Position numbers and translations under genes: made by a program. The notes under the pieces were generated by a model. That model did not search any database. It was not told the DNA's origin and worked only from the letters and a program-made list of their open reading frames with translations. 55,640 nucleotides of DNA from Octopus bimaculoides (lineage: Eukaryota): assembly GCF_001194135.2 (NCBI RefSeq), contig NC_068996.1:23002045-23057684 (forward strand), written 5' to 3'. Positions 1-12,491 of this stretch are shown here, piece by piece (positions within the stretch are counted from its first letter, which is position 1; each line of letters begins with the position of its first letter).

Positions 1-940
1 ATATATATATATATATATATATAGTACATATATATCTTTATATAGTACATATATATCTTTATATACATATATCACAACACACCAGCACTGACCACTTCCC
101 AGCCCCACATTTTCACACCTACACATACACACACGCAGACGTCAAGATCACCAGCCCTCTTCCACATGCACATACAAACTCTCTTATACACATACACATC
201 GATATGTGCGTACAACCTATATATGTGTGGAACAGTTCTTTTTAAACATACACAACTATGGTCATGTCGTCTTCAGTTTTCTTTCATTTGTTAAAGTTTT
301 CTCTTAGCTGCTGCATATATTTTATCGATACTTCAAGCTTATTTCAACCTCATCTACAGGTTGTGTGTTAGTTTTTTTGCTTCTGTGTAACTCTTTTTTA
401 GTGCGGGTTGCTCATATTCGTGCACACTTCCTTCCATAGTCAGATCATGGTATTTGTTTCGTCGTATGTTAATTGTAGTCATCTGTTGCAATATTGATGT
501 ATGTGTGTGCATTATAAATCGTTTTCATTTAATGTCCATTTCCCATGCGGGCATGTCTGGGATGATTCTGCGGGATCTAATGAGTCGAATGATTACATCA
601 TGGTGTACTGTTTGCTTTGACATGCTTTCTACTGCTGGCTGCCTTTCCTGTGCCAACCGTTTTACAAAGTATATTTGGTGCTTCCCTTCTTTCTTTTCTT
701 TTTTTTCCCCATGGCAGCCTTAGTTGTGAAAGATCGCCTTGTTAAATTCAAGGCTATTGACTCTAAAGTAGCCTTCAAACTGATGTTGAAATGGAAGAGA
801 GTGTGTGAGATGATATTAGGTAGGGCTAGACTGGCTGATAAAGGAGGATATATTCTTTAGATATATAAATGTGTGTGTGTGTGTAACTATATGTATGTAG
901 TTGTATATATTATGTTTAATATTGTTTAATATATGCAGTG

Positions 941-1082
941 TATTTATGACGGTGTTGGTTAGTTTCTCCCCGTATATTTAGCGGTTCGACTGAGAGGCTG
1001 ACGGAATGAGTACTGTTCGACTAAACCCTTCAAGGTGGTACTTCATGGCTGCTATACAATGAGTGAAAAAGATAAAAGATAG
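941..1082 (+). mobile_element. SINE family A, degraded 3' fragment
   Basis: Similar to the 3' half of 12923-13320 (tagcggttcg..gaatgagtac..gttcgactaaa..catggctgc..aaaaga tail). Confidence 0.55.
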
Positions 1083-1391
1083 TGAGTTTTAGGTATAATT
1101 CATTTTGGGGTTTCATATAGATCATATTAACTTTTTTTTATTTTATGTTGTTTTTTGGTTTTGGAATAGTACATGCCTTGAGTTTTGTCGAGACCCTCTT
1201 CTTTCACAGGCACATTCATTTTTCTGTGTTTTCTCTGTTATTCTTTTTACGTCCCAAAATTCCCAAACAGCATTTTATTTATTTATTTATTGATACTTGG
1301 ACACTGGGGAATGGAATGGTAAGGTTTGTGTCGAAACTGTTATGGTTTCCAATGTAGCAGTTAATGACGATATATCTGCGTCTATTTGGAT

Positions 1392-1612
1392 GGGTAATAC
1401 TCAACCATTTTTTGCTTATGGACCATCCTTTGATTCCTATTTTGCTCTACTGGATCGCCATAGTCATTCAACGTATCTAAAAAATTCAAATATTATTAGA
1501 AATTGTATTTGAAAAATGTTAAAACATTTTGCGTATTGCAGAAGTATAAACGACTTATTGCAGATAAATTTTAACAACAAAATCTTGTATGGACCTCGGT
1601 TGAGAACCACGA
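1392..1612 (+). mobile_element. hAT-like MITE (CAGTGGTTCTCAACC type), degraded
   Basis: Right end ggttgagaaccacg (1598-1611); left end ..ctcaaccatttttt. Body cctttgattcctattttg..ccatagtcattcaa resembles 12199-12300. Confidence 0.6.
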
Positions 1613-2063
1613 ACAGTTATTTTGACATTTATCAAACCGTTTATAGTGTTCCCCGTTTTGGTTCGTTCATTTGGTCAGCATATGAGTATTATTATCTCCA
1701 TTTGTAGCCCTTATTAATTATGGTTCTCTCATTATCTCTGACATGGGATTAGGTCTCGTTTAATTTCTTCTCTTGTCTCTTATTTTTCGTTGTAAGAATT
1801 ATCAATGTCTTGTAGGTAACTACATCTGGATTAATGTTTTAGTTTCCTATTAATGCCGGTTGGCCAAATTCAGTAGTTTTCAGGATTTGTTACGTTAGGC
1901 ATTCAACTAAGCTATGTTAGATTTGTAATGTGTGTGTGTGTGTGTGTGTTATTTATATATGTATATACTGTTTTATAACTATCCGTTAACATCGCAACTA
2001 TTATTAACTTTCCATATTCAAGACAATTCCTGACTTCCTACTCTCTCTCTCTCTCTCTTTTTC

Positions 2064-2095
<32 letters not shown>

Positions 2096-2395
2096 ATTTA
2101 CATTTCTTGTCAATATGTTATATAAGTAAAGATATGTTATGAACTGATTTCATACCTGTTGACTTACTGTCTATAATTTTGTTCTGTTATGCACATACCA
2201 GCTCGATCGTTATGTTGCCTATAGCCAATGCTCATTTAACCAGCTATCACATCCCTGCAGAAGCTAAAGTTTGGGTAGAAATTCAAACTGAACACGAATT
2301 ATCTAATATTGAACTGATATTATCAAATTCGAACTGAGCACTGATTATCTAATACCATTGACAATCTTATTACGAACAATATATGTGTGCGTATG

Positions 2396-2440
<45 letters not shown>

Positions 2441-3021
2441 GACAGACAAACAGACAAGTATGTATGTATGCATGCATGATGTATGTATGTATATAAATAT
2501 GTTAGTGTGTGCGTGAAAAACTGAAAGCGTTTCGTCGGTTTACACGGTAGATTATTTTCAAGTATCGATTGAAAAAGAACAAACAAAATTTGAACAATTA
2601 TCTATTGACATGGGGATAAATACTATTTTCATTCGTATATAACATATGTGTGTGAACAAACATATTTACGTTATACACATAATAGCACATTGATGCTGTC
2701 CTAACAATGGTTTTTATTTTGTATCCAAGATAGGAGGTTATATTGTTGTTTCTATTATGTGACTATTTATGGATGATGTTTGTTTTGAAGGTTCAAGGCC
2801 TTTATTAGACCGGCTCTGATATTTTCCTATTTCTTTTTGAATATTCTAACAGTTGCTTCGCTACGTTTATTTATAATGAAGTGTTTCTTCTAAGTTTCTG
2901 TTTGGACACATTGCATTTTGAGGTTGATTTTGATTGAGATATCGAAATTTCATTTCCAGAAAAATGGACTTTCCAGACATTTGACACTACTATTCAATCT
3001 TGAAAATATTTATCAAAGTTG

Positions 3022-3205
3022 TATCTTTTATCTTTTACTTATTTCAGTCATTGGATTGCGGTCATACTGGCCTTTAGTCGTCAAACAAATCTACCTTAGT
3101 ACTTTTTTTTTTTAAAGTCTGTTACTTATCACATCGGTTCATTTTGTCGAACTGCAGGAGCGTAAGCGAATCAACATTTGGTGTCAAGCGGTTCAGAGAA
3201 GACAC
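3022..3205 (-). mobile_element. SINE family A, 3' half
   Basis: cttttatcttttac..tttcagtcattggattgcgg..tagtcgtcaaacaaatc..gtcaagcgg is the reverse complement of the family A tail. Confidence 0.75.
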
Positions 3206-3315
3206 ACTCACACCTACATACACAAGCCATTGTCTTCTTTCAGCTTTCGTACACTAAATCCAACCAGAAGGTGTTGGTGAATCCAAGTTTCTTACCACAT
3301 AGTCATGCTTGGGAC

Positions 3316-3468
<153 letters not shown>

Positions 3469-4224
3469 TGGAATATGAAAAATTCTAATCTATGTGCTAG
3501 TGCGGCGTGGTTTACTTCACTATCGAAGAAGTGATACGAAAGTGAAAATGAAAAGCTAAAGCTGAAACGATGAACTGGTATTTTCGAGTCATCATCATCA
3601 TCATCCTTTTTTTTGCATAGCCAGACAGATTTTCTGTGGCCAAGTGCACTTCCTGTCGCTAATAGTAATATGTATCCGCGGTAATATTTTCCATAGCCTA
3701 ACATGTTTCTCTCACTGAAGATTGAAAACGAAAGACACCGCGCACGCACACACATACACACATGCGCGCGCTTGACAGGTTTCTTTGAGTTTCTGTCTAC
3801 GAAACACACTCACCAGGCTTTGGTTGGTTCCTGTTCGTCGCAAGAACCACTTGTCCAAGATGCCACTCAGTGAAACTGCGTGCTCTTAAATATACAGCCT
3901 GTCTGCGCCTGCGTAATGTTTAAAAACAGAGACCACAACCGTAGCCGTGCTATTACATATGAATACTCACGCGCGCGCACGTATATATGCATATACATGT
4001 TTACATATATACCTACACACACACACACGCATGTCATCTTACATAATGTACTTTATAATGTTGATGCTGGAAATCAAAAGCTACATTTCAGTGTTATTTT
4101 TAAAGATTTTGTGTTAGTTTTGGCGGAAAGTCATTGTGCATGTGTGTACGCACACATATAGTTATGGTGATGCAAACAGGAAAAATACAACTCAAAATAT
4201 GAGTATATGTATATTTTTTTATTA

Positions 4225-4347
4225 ATATTTAACAGAAGCAACAGAGTGACTCAACGGCCGAGAGTTTCACGTGTTGGCACTTTGTCAAGTTGTGACAACG
4301 CGCGAAATTGTCGGATTTTGAGTTACTCTGTTGCTTCTGTTAAATAT
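4225..4347. mobile_element. Short fold-back element (MITE-like)
   Basis: Arms 4225-4254 and 4318-4347 match 29/30 as inverted repeats; interior also partly self-complementary; TTAA at 4229-4232 and 4340-4343. Confidence 0.7.
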
Positions 4348-5915
4348 ATACATATATCTGTATCTTCTGCAGTCGTTGACGAATCCCTCTAGCGAAACAA
4401 AATGTACTTCAGATTCACATGTACTGATAAGAATCTTCATTCTTGGCCTCGCTGCTGTGATTTTTATTCTAGAGGTCCTGACATTGGGCTCGTGAAGCTA
4501 CCAGCACACACACACACACACAATGTGTTTTTGTGTGTATATGTATATATGCGTATCTATGTGTGTGTGTGTGTATACACACACACACACACACACACAC
4601 ACTCTCTTAACATGTTCTTATATTATTATCTATGTGTATATGTATGTGTATGCGTGCGTATTTGTAATTGCAAGCGTAATTCTATTTTGACTCTTTTTTT
4701 TTTTTACATGCTTACTAATTTGTCATGTTTATGATTGCATAAAATAATCGTATTGTGATTAATAATAATAATATTAATAATAATTGTATTTTAATAACCT
4801 TAGGCTTGTTTTAATTTAAAGTTTTTTTTTATTCATTATTCATGTTACAAGAGTCATATTACTCTATGACCTGTACAAAGAGTGAAACCTGAATAAAACG
4901 TGAGATTCATATGAAAACTGCAATGTTTGATCTATACAAACTAAAAGGAAGGGAGAGAATCGCATATCCAAAAATTGATCTTATATAACCTAGAAATTTT
5001 GATTACGATGAATTTGGGAAATTTTTTTGTCCCAAAGGCACTGTGAGGTACTGATACACAGGCATAAAGATGTTAACTAAGAAGATTAGAACATAGTCGT
5101 AGTTTCAGTAGAACATGTTTTAAAGAAAAATTTGTTCATCCTCACACACGGAAGAGCTGGTACTAAACGATTTCGTGAAACTGACAACGTTTCTTTCAAG
5201 TATCTAAGTCGTGCTGAGAGTCAAGTGAATTATGAGAAAGCAGATAGAGTTGACAAATTTTTTTTATAAAAATGGACGAGAAAGCACGAAAACTTGCGAG
5301 ATCGGTAGCAGACGAGGAGACATTGAAATGTAGGAAGGGATAGAGGAAAGTATAAGAGTGGGCAAGATAGGACAAATGGATAGGATGGAGAAAGAGTACT
5401 GCAAAAGTGATAGAGAATTAGAGTAGTAACATGATTAAATAACGGAGGTTGAGTATGAAAGAAAGAAAGAAATTAGTTTGTATGTGATAAGATGTGTTGG
5501 GAAATGAGAAGGGGTGGATGCAGATTTTAATCGAGAGGCAACTGAAGTATATAGATAGAAAGGAAGTTGGCAAATAAAAAAAGTATGCAAGAATAAGGAA
5601 GGAAAATGAAACTAAGAGAAGTTGAGTTAAATAATAGAAAGACAGAGAACTGCAAGGACGTAGTTTGGAGTTGTGAAACGTACGAGTAATTGCAAATTAC
5701 AAGCATTTTGTTGTTATATCTGCAGTAAAACAAGTAGTAATACAGCCTAAGCAGGAGTGGTGTAAAAGTTTTTAGATCGTAGCTTTAAATGTTCATTGTA
5801 TTGGACTGTCTTCTCGATATAATTTCTGTATACATCTCGCCTTTCAGCTCTGTGCGTGTGTGTGTGTGTGTGTGTGGCGGGAGTAGGGTGGTAAAATTAG
5901 TGATAGTCATGTTAT

Positions 5916-6084
5916 TGATTTACTTGTATCAATCCCATTGGCTTGCGGCCATGTTGGGGTTTACTCGATCAAATCGACACCAGTGCTTATCCTTTTCTTT
6001 CTTTCTTTCTGTTTTGTTAATCTGGTACTTATTCTATCATCTCTTTTGTCGAGCCGCTAGCGGAGTCGTAAGCAAACTAACACC
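5916..6084 (-). mobile_element. SINE family A, 3' half running into gap
   Basis: cattggcttgcggccatgttgggg..tcgatcaaatcgac..ggtacttattctatc..gccgcta matches the family A tail. Confidence 0.75.
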
Positions 6085-7076
6085 NNNNNNNNNNNNNNNN
6101 NNNNNNNNNNNNNNNNNNNNNNNNNNNNNNNNNNNNNNNNNNNNNNNNNNNNNNNNNNNNNNNNNNNNNNNNNNNNNNNNNNNNNNNNNNNNNNNNNNNN
6201 NNNNNNNNNNNNNNNNNNNNNNNNNNNNNNNNNNNNNNNNNNNNNNNNNNNNNNNNNNNNNNNNNNNNNNNNNNNNNNNNNNNNNNNNNNNNNNNNNNNN
6301 NNNNNNNNNNNNNNNNNNNNNNNNNNNNNNNNNNNNNNNNNNNNNNNNNNNNNNNNNNNNNNNNNNNNNNNNNNNNNNNNNNNNNNNNNNNNNNNNNNNN
6401 NNNNNNNNNNNNNNNNNNNNNNNNNNNNNNNNNNNNNNNNNNNNNNNNNNNNNNNNNNNNNNNNNNNNNNNNNNNNNNNNNNNNNNNNNNNNNNNNNNNN
6501 NNNNNNNNNNNNNNNNNNNNNNNNNNNNNNNNNNNNNNNNNNNNNNNNNNNNNNNNNNNNNNNNNNNNNNNNNNNNNNNNNNNNNNNNNNNNNNNNNNNN
6601 NNNNNNNNNNNNNNNNNNNNNNNNNNNNNNNNNNNNNNNNNNNNNNNNNNNNNNNNNNNNNNNNNNNNNNNNNNNNNNNNNNNNNNNNNNNNNNNNNNNN
6701 NNNNNNNNNNNNNNNNNNNNNNNNNNNNNNNNNNNNNNNNNNNNNNNNNNNNNNNNNNNNNNNNNNNNNNNNNNNNNNNNNNNNNNNNNNNNNNNNNNNN
6801 NNNNNNNNNNNNNNNNNNNNNNNNNNNNNNNNNNNNNNNNNNNNNNNNNNNNNNNNNNNNNNNNNNNNNNNNNNNNNNNNNNNNNNNNNNNNNNNNNNNN
6901 NNNNNNNNNNNNNNNNNNNNNNNNNNNNNNNNNNNNNNNNNNNNNNNNNNNNNNNNNNNNNNNNNNNNNNNNNNNNNNNNNNNNNNNNNNNNNNNNNNNN
7001 NNNNNNNNNNNNNNNNNNNNNNNNNNNNNNNNNNNNNNNNNNNNNNNNNNNNNNNNNNNNNNNNNNNNNNNNNNNN
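6085..7076. other. Assembly gap (N)
   Basis: N run. Other gaps: 14239-14812, 41944-42284, 44347-44672, 45820-46506, 49713-49722; most abut (TA)n. Confidence 0.99.
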
Positions 7077-7412
7077 AGATGTTGTAAATTATTGCTGAAA
7101 TTAATTGCTTGCGAAAAACTATTTGGTTTGGTTGTTTGAAGCTCGATAGTGGGCGTAAAGAATTTATTAGAAGTATTGTAACTGAGGAAGAGGAAACCTT
7201 GAAAAATACGATTTTTTTCTTTTTTATTTTAGACAACTGAATTTGAGAAAACTCCTAAAGATGCCCTCTTTTTATTATTTTTTTTTCTTTAATAAATTCC
7301 AAACGCACTGAAAACTGTGGTTTTAAGCATCGCGTACCTCTTAGAATTTTCTGATTCTTCATTAGTTTTACGGCACCAGGCATTTTATCGAATGGCATTC
7401 CAATGAAGGTTA

Positions 7413-7808
7413 GTGCCTCCCCACTACCGTTTTTGTTTCCTCATATCTACCAGAAAAATGATATTTTTTTCAATGAAATTTTCTGCAAATATCTTTCAAA
7501 TGGTGTAGATTCCAGTTGTATCTGAATTTGTTGTATTAGAAAAACAAAACTTAGTGGGCACTCATAGATACATACTGAAACACATCACATGTTTATCTGC
7601 CAAATGAAACTTCAAGTTTTGAAACAATTTACGTGATGTGTGTCAGTATGTATGGGTGCTTGACCGCCACCCCCCACCGCCACCCTCACATTAAATTCCG
7701 ATATAATCATAATCTTACACCATCTGAAAGATATTTGTAGAAATCTTCATTAAAATATATCCATTTTTCTGAAAGTTATGAGGAAACAAAGTCGGGGTGG
7801 GTGGGCAC
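7413..7808. mobile_element. Fold-back MITE with ~100-bp imperfect TIRs and an inner inverted repeat
   Basis: gtgcc..ttttgtttcctcata..gcaaatatctttcaaatggtgtagatt vs aatcttacaccatctgaaagatatttgt..tatgaggaaacaaa..ggcac. Inner IR catactgaaacacatcac / gtgatgtgtgtcagtatg. Confidence 0.7.
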
Positions 7809-8094
7809 ACTTATGTATGCATGCCTAAATCTTCACCTCTCCTCGACATTATCAGCTTTACAAGTAAATAATTATCGTGTGTGAATTTTTATTTAATATA
7901 AATTGAGAGAAAACAAAACAGGCGAAAACAGGCATTTCATTTTTTGATTACCTTCAGATTGGGCGTTGTTTCATCATTGTCATCACCGTCTTCGTCGTCA
8001 TCATCGTTATCGTCTTCGTTGCTATTGTCTCTCAAAAACGCTATTTGTCTTTTAGTAGTGCATAATATCTCGGGTTTACCATTAAAATATAGAC

Positions 8095-8308
8095 GGCGGC
8101 GAGCTAGTAGAATCGGTGGCACGTTGGACAAAATGCTTAACGGTATTTCGTCCGTCTTTACGTTCTGATTACAAATTCCGCCGGGATCGACTTCGCTTTT
8201 CATCCTTTTTGGGTCGATAAAATAAGTACCAGTTAGGCATTTGAGTCGGTGTAATCGACTTGCCCCCTCCCCCCGAAATTGCTGGCCTTGTGCCAAAATT
8301 TTGAAATT
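8095..8308 (+). mobile_element. tRNA-derived SINE family B (~210 bp), full length
   Basis: Head ggcggcgagctagtagaatcg (A-box-like), B-box-like acaaattcc, core gtcgataaaataagtaccagt, tail ggccttgtgccaaaattttgaaa. Possible TSD tatagac (8088-8094 / 8309-8315). Confidence 0.85.
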
Positions 8309-8599
8309 TATAGACAGTGATATAAAAATTAAGTTTAGCTTCATTTCATTTCAATTAATCAAAAGCAATGTAAATATTAGTGGACAGAAAAATTATGCTT
8401 TAGTTTTTGTAATAAGTTTTTGCCCAAATTTATTTTTCCTCCGTGTTTTTAATGGCATATTTAAAATATATGAGTTATTTTAAGTTAATATAAAGTTCTA
8501 CTCCTTCAAAGTCTTGATAAATTTTAAACGGTCTACGAACTTGAGTAGTTTCAAATCTTATTATGCAGTCTGATTTTCATTAATTTTACTATCTTTTAT

Positions 8600-9097
8600 T
8601 TTTTACTTCTTTCTCTTATTGGACTGCGACAAAGCTGGGTTACCGCCTTGGAGGGTTTTAGTCAAAACAAATCGACCCCAGTATTTAACTTTTAGAGAAA
8701 ATTTTGGTACTTACTTTATCGGTCTCTTATGGTGAACTGTTAGGGGATGTAAACAAACCAATATCGATTGTCAAATGGTCGTGGGGGACATTCACACACA
8801 TTTAGTGGACAGAAATGTCCTCCAAATCCACACAAAACTTTATACATATATAGACACTCATATATGTTTGTATGTTTGTGTATACATACATACATACATA
8901 CAAACATATATGAGTGTTTATATATGTATAAAGCTTTGTGTGTGGATTTGGAGGACATTTCTGTCCACTAAATGCACACACACACAAGGCTTTGGGCTGC
9001 CCGAAGTTATAGTACTAGACACTTGTCTTAGGTCCCACTACGTGGGACTGAACCCCAAACCATGTTCTTGGGAAGCAAAACACCGCCACAACTGCGG
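8600..9097 (-). mobile_element. SINE family A interrupted by a fold-back insertion
   Basis: 3' half at 8600-8790 and 5' half at 8980-9097 (aaggctttg..gacacttgtc..gtgggactgaacc..gggaagcaa) flank a foreign inverted repeat. Confidence 0.8.
8799..8974. mobile_element. 176-bp near-perfect inverted repeat in a (CA)n tract
   Basis: catttagtggacagaaatgtcctccaaatccacaca.. and its reverse complement ..tgtgtggatttggaggacatttctgtccactaaatg; arms ~77 bp; cacaca on both sides. Confidence 0.85.
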
Positions 9098-9840
9098 CTA
9101 TAGTTATATTTATAAATTATATTTATCAGTTTATATTTATCTCTGTTTAAATTAGTTCTACACTTACAGAAGCATGTGGGGACTTGAGCAAAAGATTTTT
9201 GTTTTCTTTTTTTAAGGGTAACTCGTTGTTAGCCTTGCATATAAGTCTCGCCTCTCCACATCCACTGATATGTCTGTCTGTTCATTGTGAAAGGCTTACA
9301 GAGTTGAGCGGGAACAGAATACCACAAGGCATGTTGTTACCTGGTCCTCACATAAATCCGCCAGTCCTCCACCATGGATTGTTTTTTTCCTATTCGATCC
9401 CAAAAGGCAAAGTTGACCTTCGCGGGATTTAAGCTTAGTCGGAACAAACACCATGGGGCATTTACGATTCATTTCTTGCCTGAAGATCCTGTGCGAAACT
9501 CAGGGTAGCAAAAGACTGATTCGACTAAAATAAAATTAAAGATTGTGTACGTGTGTAAAAGATAAGTAATTTTAAGCAACTCTCATATTAAACCTCAGAA
9601 AAGCAGCTAATAATGTATTCTTGCCTGGACTCAAGAATATTCATAACTTTGTAGCCAATGTTTGCAGGAATCCTTAAAGTGGGTGGTAGTAAAAATTGGT
9701 TCAACATTTTTGCTGGAAATATCATGGCTCCAATACTTTGACCCCTGCGCGCGCATGTTGACTCTGGCTGTTTGGTTATTTTAATACAAATAGGCTTAGA
9801 GAACGGTTTGTTATGGAGCTGGTATAATTGTTTGCGCCAC

Positions 9841-9892
<52 letters not shown>

Positions 9893-9940
9893 CCATGAGT
9901 CATAGAATAATTGTTTATATTAAGAATTTGGTATTTATTT

Positions 9941-10196
9941 TATCGGGCTGTCAGATAAATCCGTTCGTTTATTTTTTCCCCCCTTACCTTGCACTCCATC
10001 GTCGTATGTCAGAAAAGTGGTAAAAATTATTCTAATTTCAAAAACGATGAACAAAAGTTGGTTGAGGAAGAAACAGAACTACAAAATGCCATAAAGCACT
10101 ACCGTAAAAATATTTTTCGTGTTAATTCAAATAACGTTAGAAGGATTAAGATAAAGAAGAAAGAGGGAACAAATGCTTTTATCTGACAATTTAGTA
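9941..10196 (+). mobile_element. Mariner-type MITE family M1, copy 1
   Basis: TA-cgggctgtcagataaatccgttcg ... tttatctgacaatttag-TA. Interior shared with 21987-22212 and 33563-33874. Confidence 0.8.
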
Positions 10197-10454
10197 TCAT
10201 ATAAAAAAAATGTTGGACAAAATCAAGAACAGAAAGTTTATTGTATACGAAAGAGGAAATACTTTACGGACCAAAACAGAGTCTTTCACGTGTTTGTAGT
10301 AGCTTCAATTTATTTCTCTTATGCTTAATTAATTTAGGACCTACATTAAGCACAGATGAAAGTGAAGCAAATATTCCAATGTAGAATGGCGGTGTGTGAC
10401 ACCCTGAATTTTAGAGTATCATACATTGCTTTTGTATGATACTCATTCTAAATT

Positions 10455-10485
<31 letters not shown>

Positions 10486-10764
10486 AAGTAGTTGGGTACT
10501 GTAGAATTTCGCGTGCAATGTTGGCTTTCTCATCTCCGAGTGTTACTACATTTTTCTTTTGTTTTCAATTACTCTGAAATTATAGCTTATTTGTGTTTTG
10601 CTAATAAGATAGTATATAGTTTTTATGTAGTTTTTCAAACATTAAAATTTGCAGAACGAGCGAGCCACCTCCAAATAAATGTCTAATTAATGTGTGACTC
10701 TATACTAGTCAATTTATAAACCCGTGGTTTTCATTCTTCTTAATTTTGTGGCGCACTGGAAGTC

Positions 10765-11272
10765 AGTCTGTCTGTCCATCCGCCCATCCATCCATCTCCA
10801 CCGCCCATTATTCCTGAGAGGATAGTGGGAATGGAGTTCACAGATGACTTTTCCATAGGGTCTTATCGGAAGAAACTAGCATTACACTTTCCAGCTAGCT
10901 TTCCAAACGAGACGAACTGAGACTATGGATGTTATCCAACCATCACATTCTTGTTCTACTCAATCTCATGCCGGTTAGCTTGGCTTGAAGACTCTGTATC
11001 GAGATCCGTTTCTGTGTCTCTCTAATCACATGTTCATAGCACCAGAGCTGTGACCTCTCAGTGCATTGAAGAAGCTGCTCGACCTGGAGAGACTCCTTGA
11101 TATATGAGCTACGCACCCTGTCGAGTAACGTTTCCCCAAAGATTCTTCGGTGGAATCGAACTTCGACTGCTTGTATTCGCGATCGTATTCTTTCACTCAA
11201 AACTCATGACCATCGGTTGAAATTAGGCTCAAAAACCGAATTGGAAATGAGCGAGTTTGGCCCCTTTTTTTC
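10765..11272 (-). mobile_element. RTE-clade LINE (Rex3/Expander-like) 3' end, 5'-truncated and decayed
   Basis: ORF 10943-11200 SERIRSRIQAVEVRFHRRIFGETLLDRVRSSYIKESLQVEQLLQCTERSQL resembles the RTE ORF C-terminus; (GATG)n tail at 10776-10796. Confidence 0.85.
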
Positions 11273-11691
11273 TTTCACTAGTCTCCAAGTAAACCCGCAG
11301 TTCTTTCTTCTTGACCTCATTGCACACTAGCAATCAATTTTTTTAAAAATTGCTGTAATATTTCATATGAAAATTTGATGAAAAAGCAACCATAAATTAT
11401 TTTTTAAGGTCAAGAATTTAGAAAAAAATATAGCATACAATTGTTTGCTTGGTTTTATTAATTTTACTTGTGTAGAATTAACTAAATCCTGAATAACACG
11501 TTTTTCAAGATGCTCGTTTTTTAAATTACACCGCACAGCCAGATATTTCCTTGCAATGCACCATTTGTGAACCCAATGATCTGAACCAAGGACGGCCAAA
11601 TTGTCCGATAAGATCAATGATTTTTTTGTATTTCTGTGTTAAAGAGCTGTCGCATATACTTTTATAGTTATATTAATAAATAAACTCTAGT

Positions 11692-11950
11692 GGAGGTGTG
11701 TGGCCTAGTTGTTAGGGTGTTGCTCGCAAGATCGTAGTTTCGATTTCTGGCACCGGCTTGTGTTGTGTTCTTGAGCAAAACACTTCATCTCACTTTGCTC
11801 TGCAATCACTTTGACACCTGACGTGTGGCACAACGTGCACCTGCTCAGGCAAGTTGATTTTATGGAGCGCGTGAGCTAGCTTGCAGCTGTAGCACATACA
11901 TTCAATCACTATAAACAAATCATCTGTGCAGGGTTTTCAGCAAGAAACTG
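11692..11950 (+). mobile_element. tRNA-derived SINE family C, tail type 1
   Basis: A box tggcctagttg, B-box-like gtttcgatttc, then gtgttcttgagcaaaacacttcat. Tail shared with 15125-15336. Confidence 0.8.
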
Positions 11951-12198
11951 TGTCATCCTCATCTGTCGTTTATCCACCAATAAAATATACTGAGGCGTTA
12001 AAATAGATTAATATCTGTTTGTTGAAGCTTTGTTTTTTTTTTCTTTTATTGCAGTTAATACTTTAAAATTCAAATGGTAGGATATATGTTTAAAAGTAGT
12101 TTTTAAAAATAGCTTTAAAACTCAAATATCTACATATATAAGACTTAAGTTCTCCGTGAGGCTCGCAAGCAATAGTTTGGCCACCAGTTGATCTAAAC

Positions 12199-12483
12199 CA
12201 ACGGTTCTCAACCATTTTTTTTATCTATGGATCCTTTGATTACTCTTTTATTCTGGTGGACTCCCGTACCATTTGATGTTTAAAAACTAATTTTATATAT
12301 ACTTCTTTCCTATTTTGTTCCTCACACATTTACTTGTGTAGACTGAACTACGTACGCAAACATTTGAGAAATAAACTTAGCTGTTTCTTGCAATAAATAC
12401 ATTTTAAGCAAAAATTTTTTTATGGATCTTTAATATAGAACTACGAGTCCCCAACTTACTATTTTGTTTGCGTGGCCCTCTTG
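12199..12483 (+). mobile_element. hAT-like MITE A (left TIR CAACGGTTCTCAACC; right TIR not recognisable)
   Basis: Flanked by atctaaac at 12191-12198 and 12484-12491. Body similar to 1392-1612. Confidence 0.6.
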
Positions 12484-12491
12484 ATCTAAAC

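Noticed and set aside
250-845. Possible Penelope RT-thumb relic on the minus strand (LFHFNISLKATLESIALNLTRR)
   Set aside because: Only faint similarity, no GIY-YIG motif, multiple stops; needs an HMM search.
2143-2336. Stop-free frame ..LPIANAHLTSYHIPAEAKVWVEIQ..
   Set aside because: No recognisable homology or convincing splice pair; this length is expected by chance.
5789-7236. Long ORFs of 399-432 aa (also 14202-14903, 41805-42582, 44040-44747, 45542-46634)
   Set aside because: Artefacts of reading through N gaps and (TA)n.
7937-8344. 135-aa ORF with acidic tract
   Set aside because: Antisense read-through of a family B SINE plus a (GAT/GAC)n microsatellite.
11692-11760. tRNA-like sequences (also 15270-15336, 23992-24060)
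   Set aside because: A/B boxes continue into SINE bodies and no cloverleaf acceptor stem closes; these are SINE heads, not tRNA genes.
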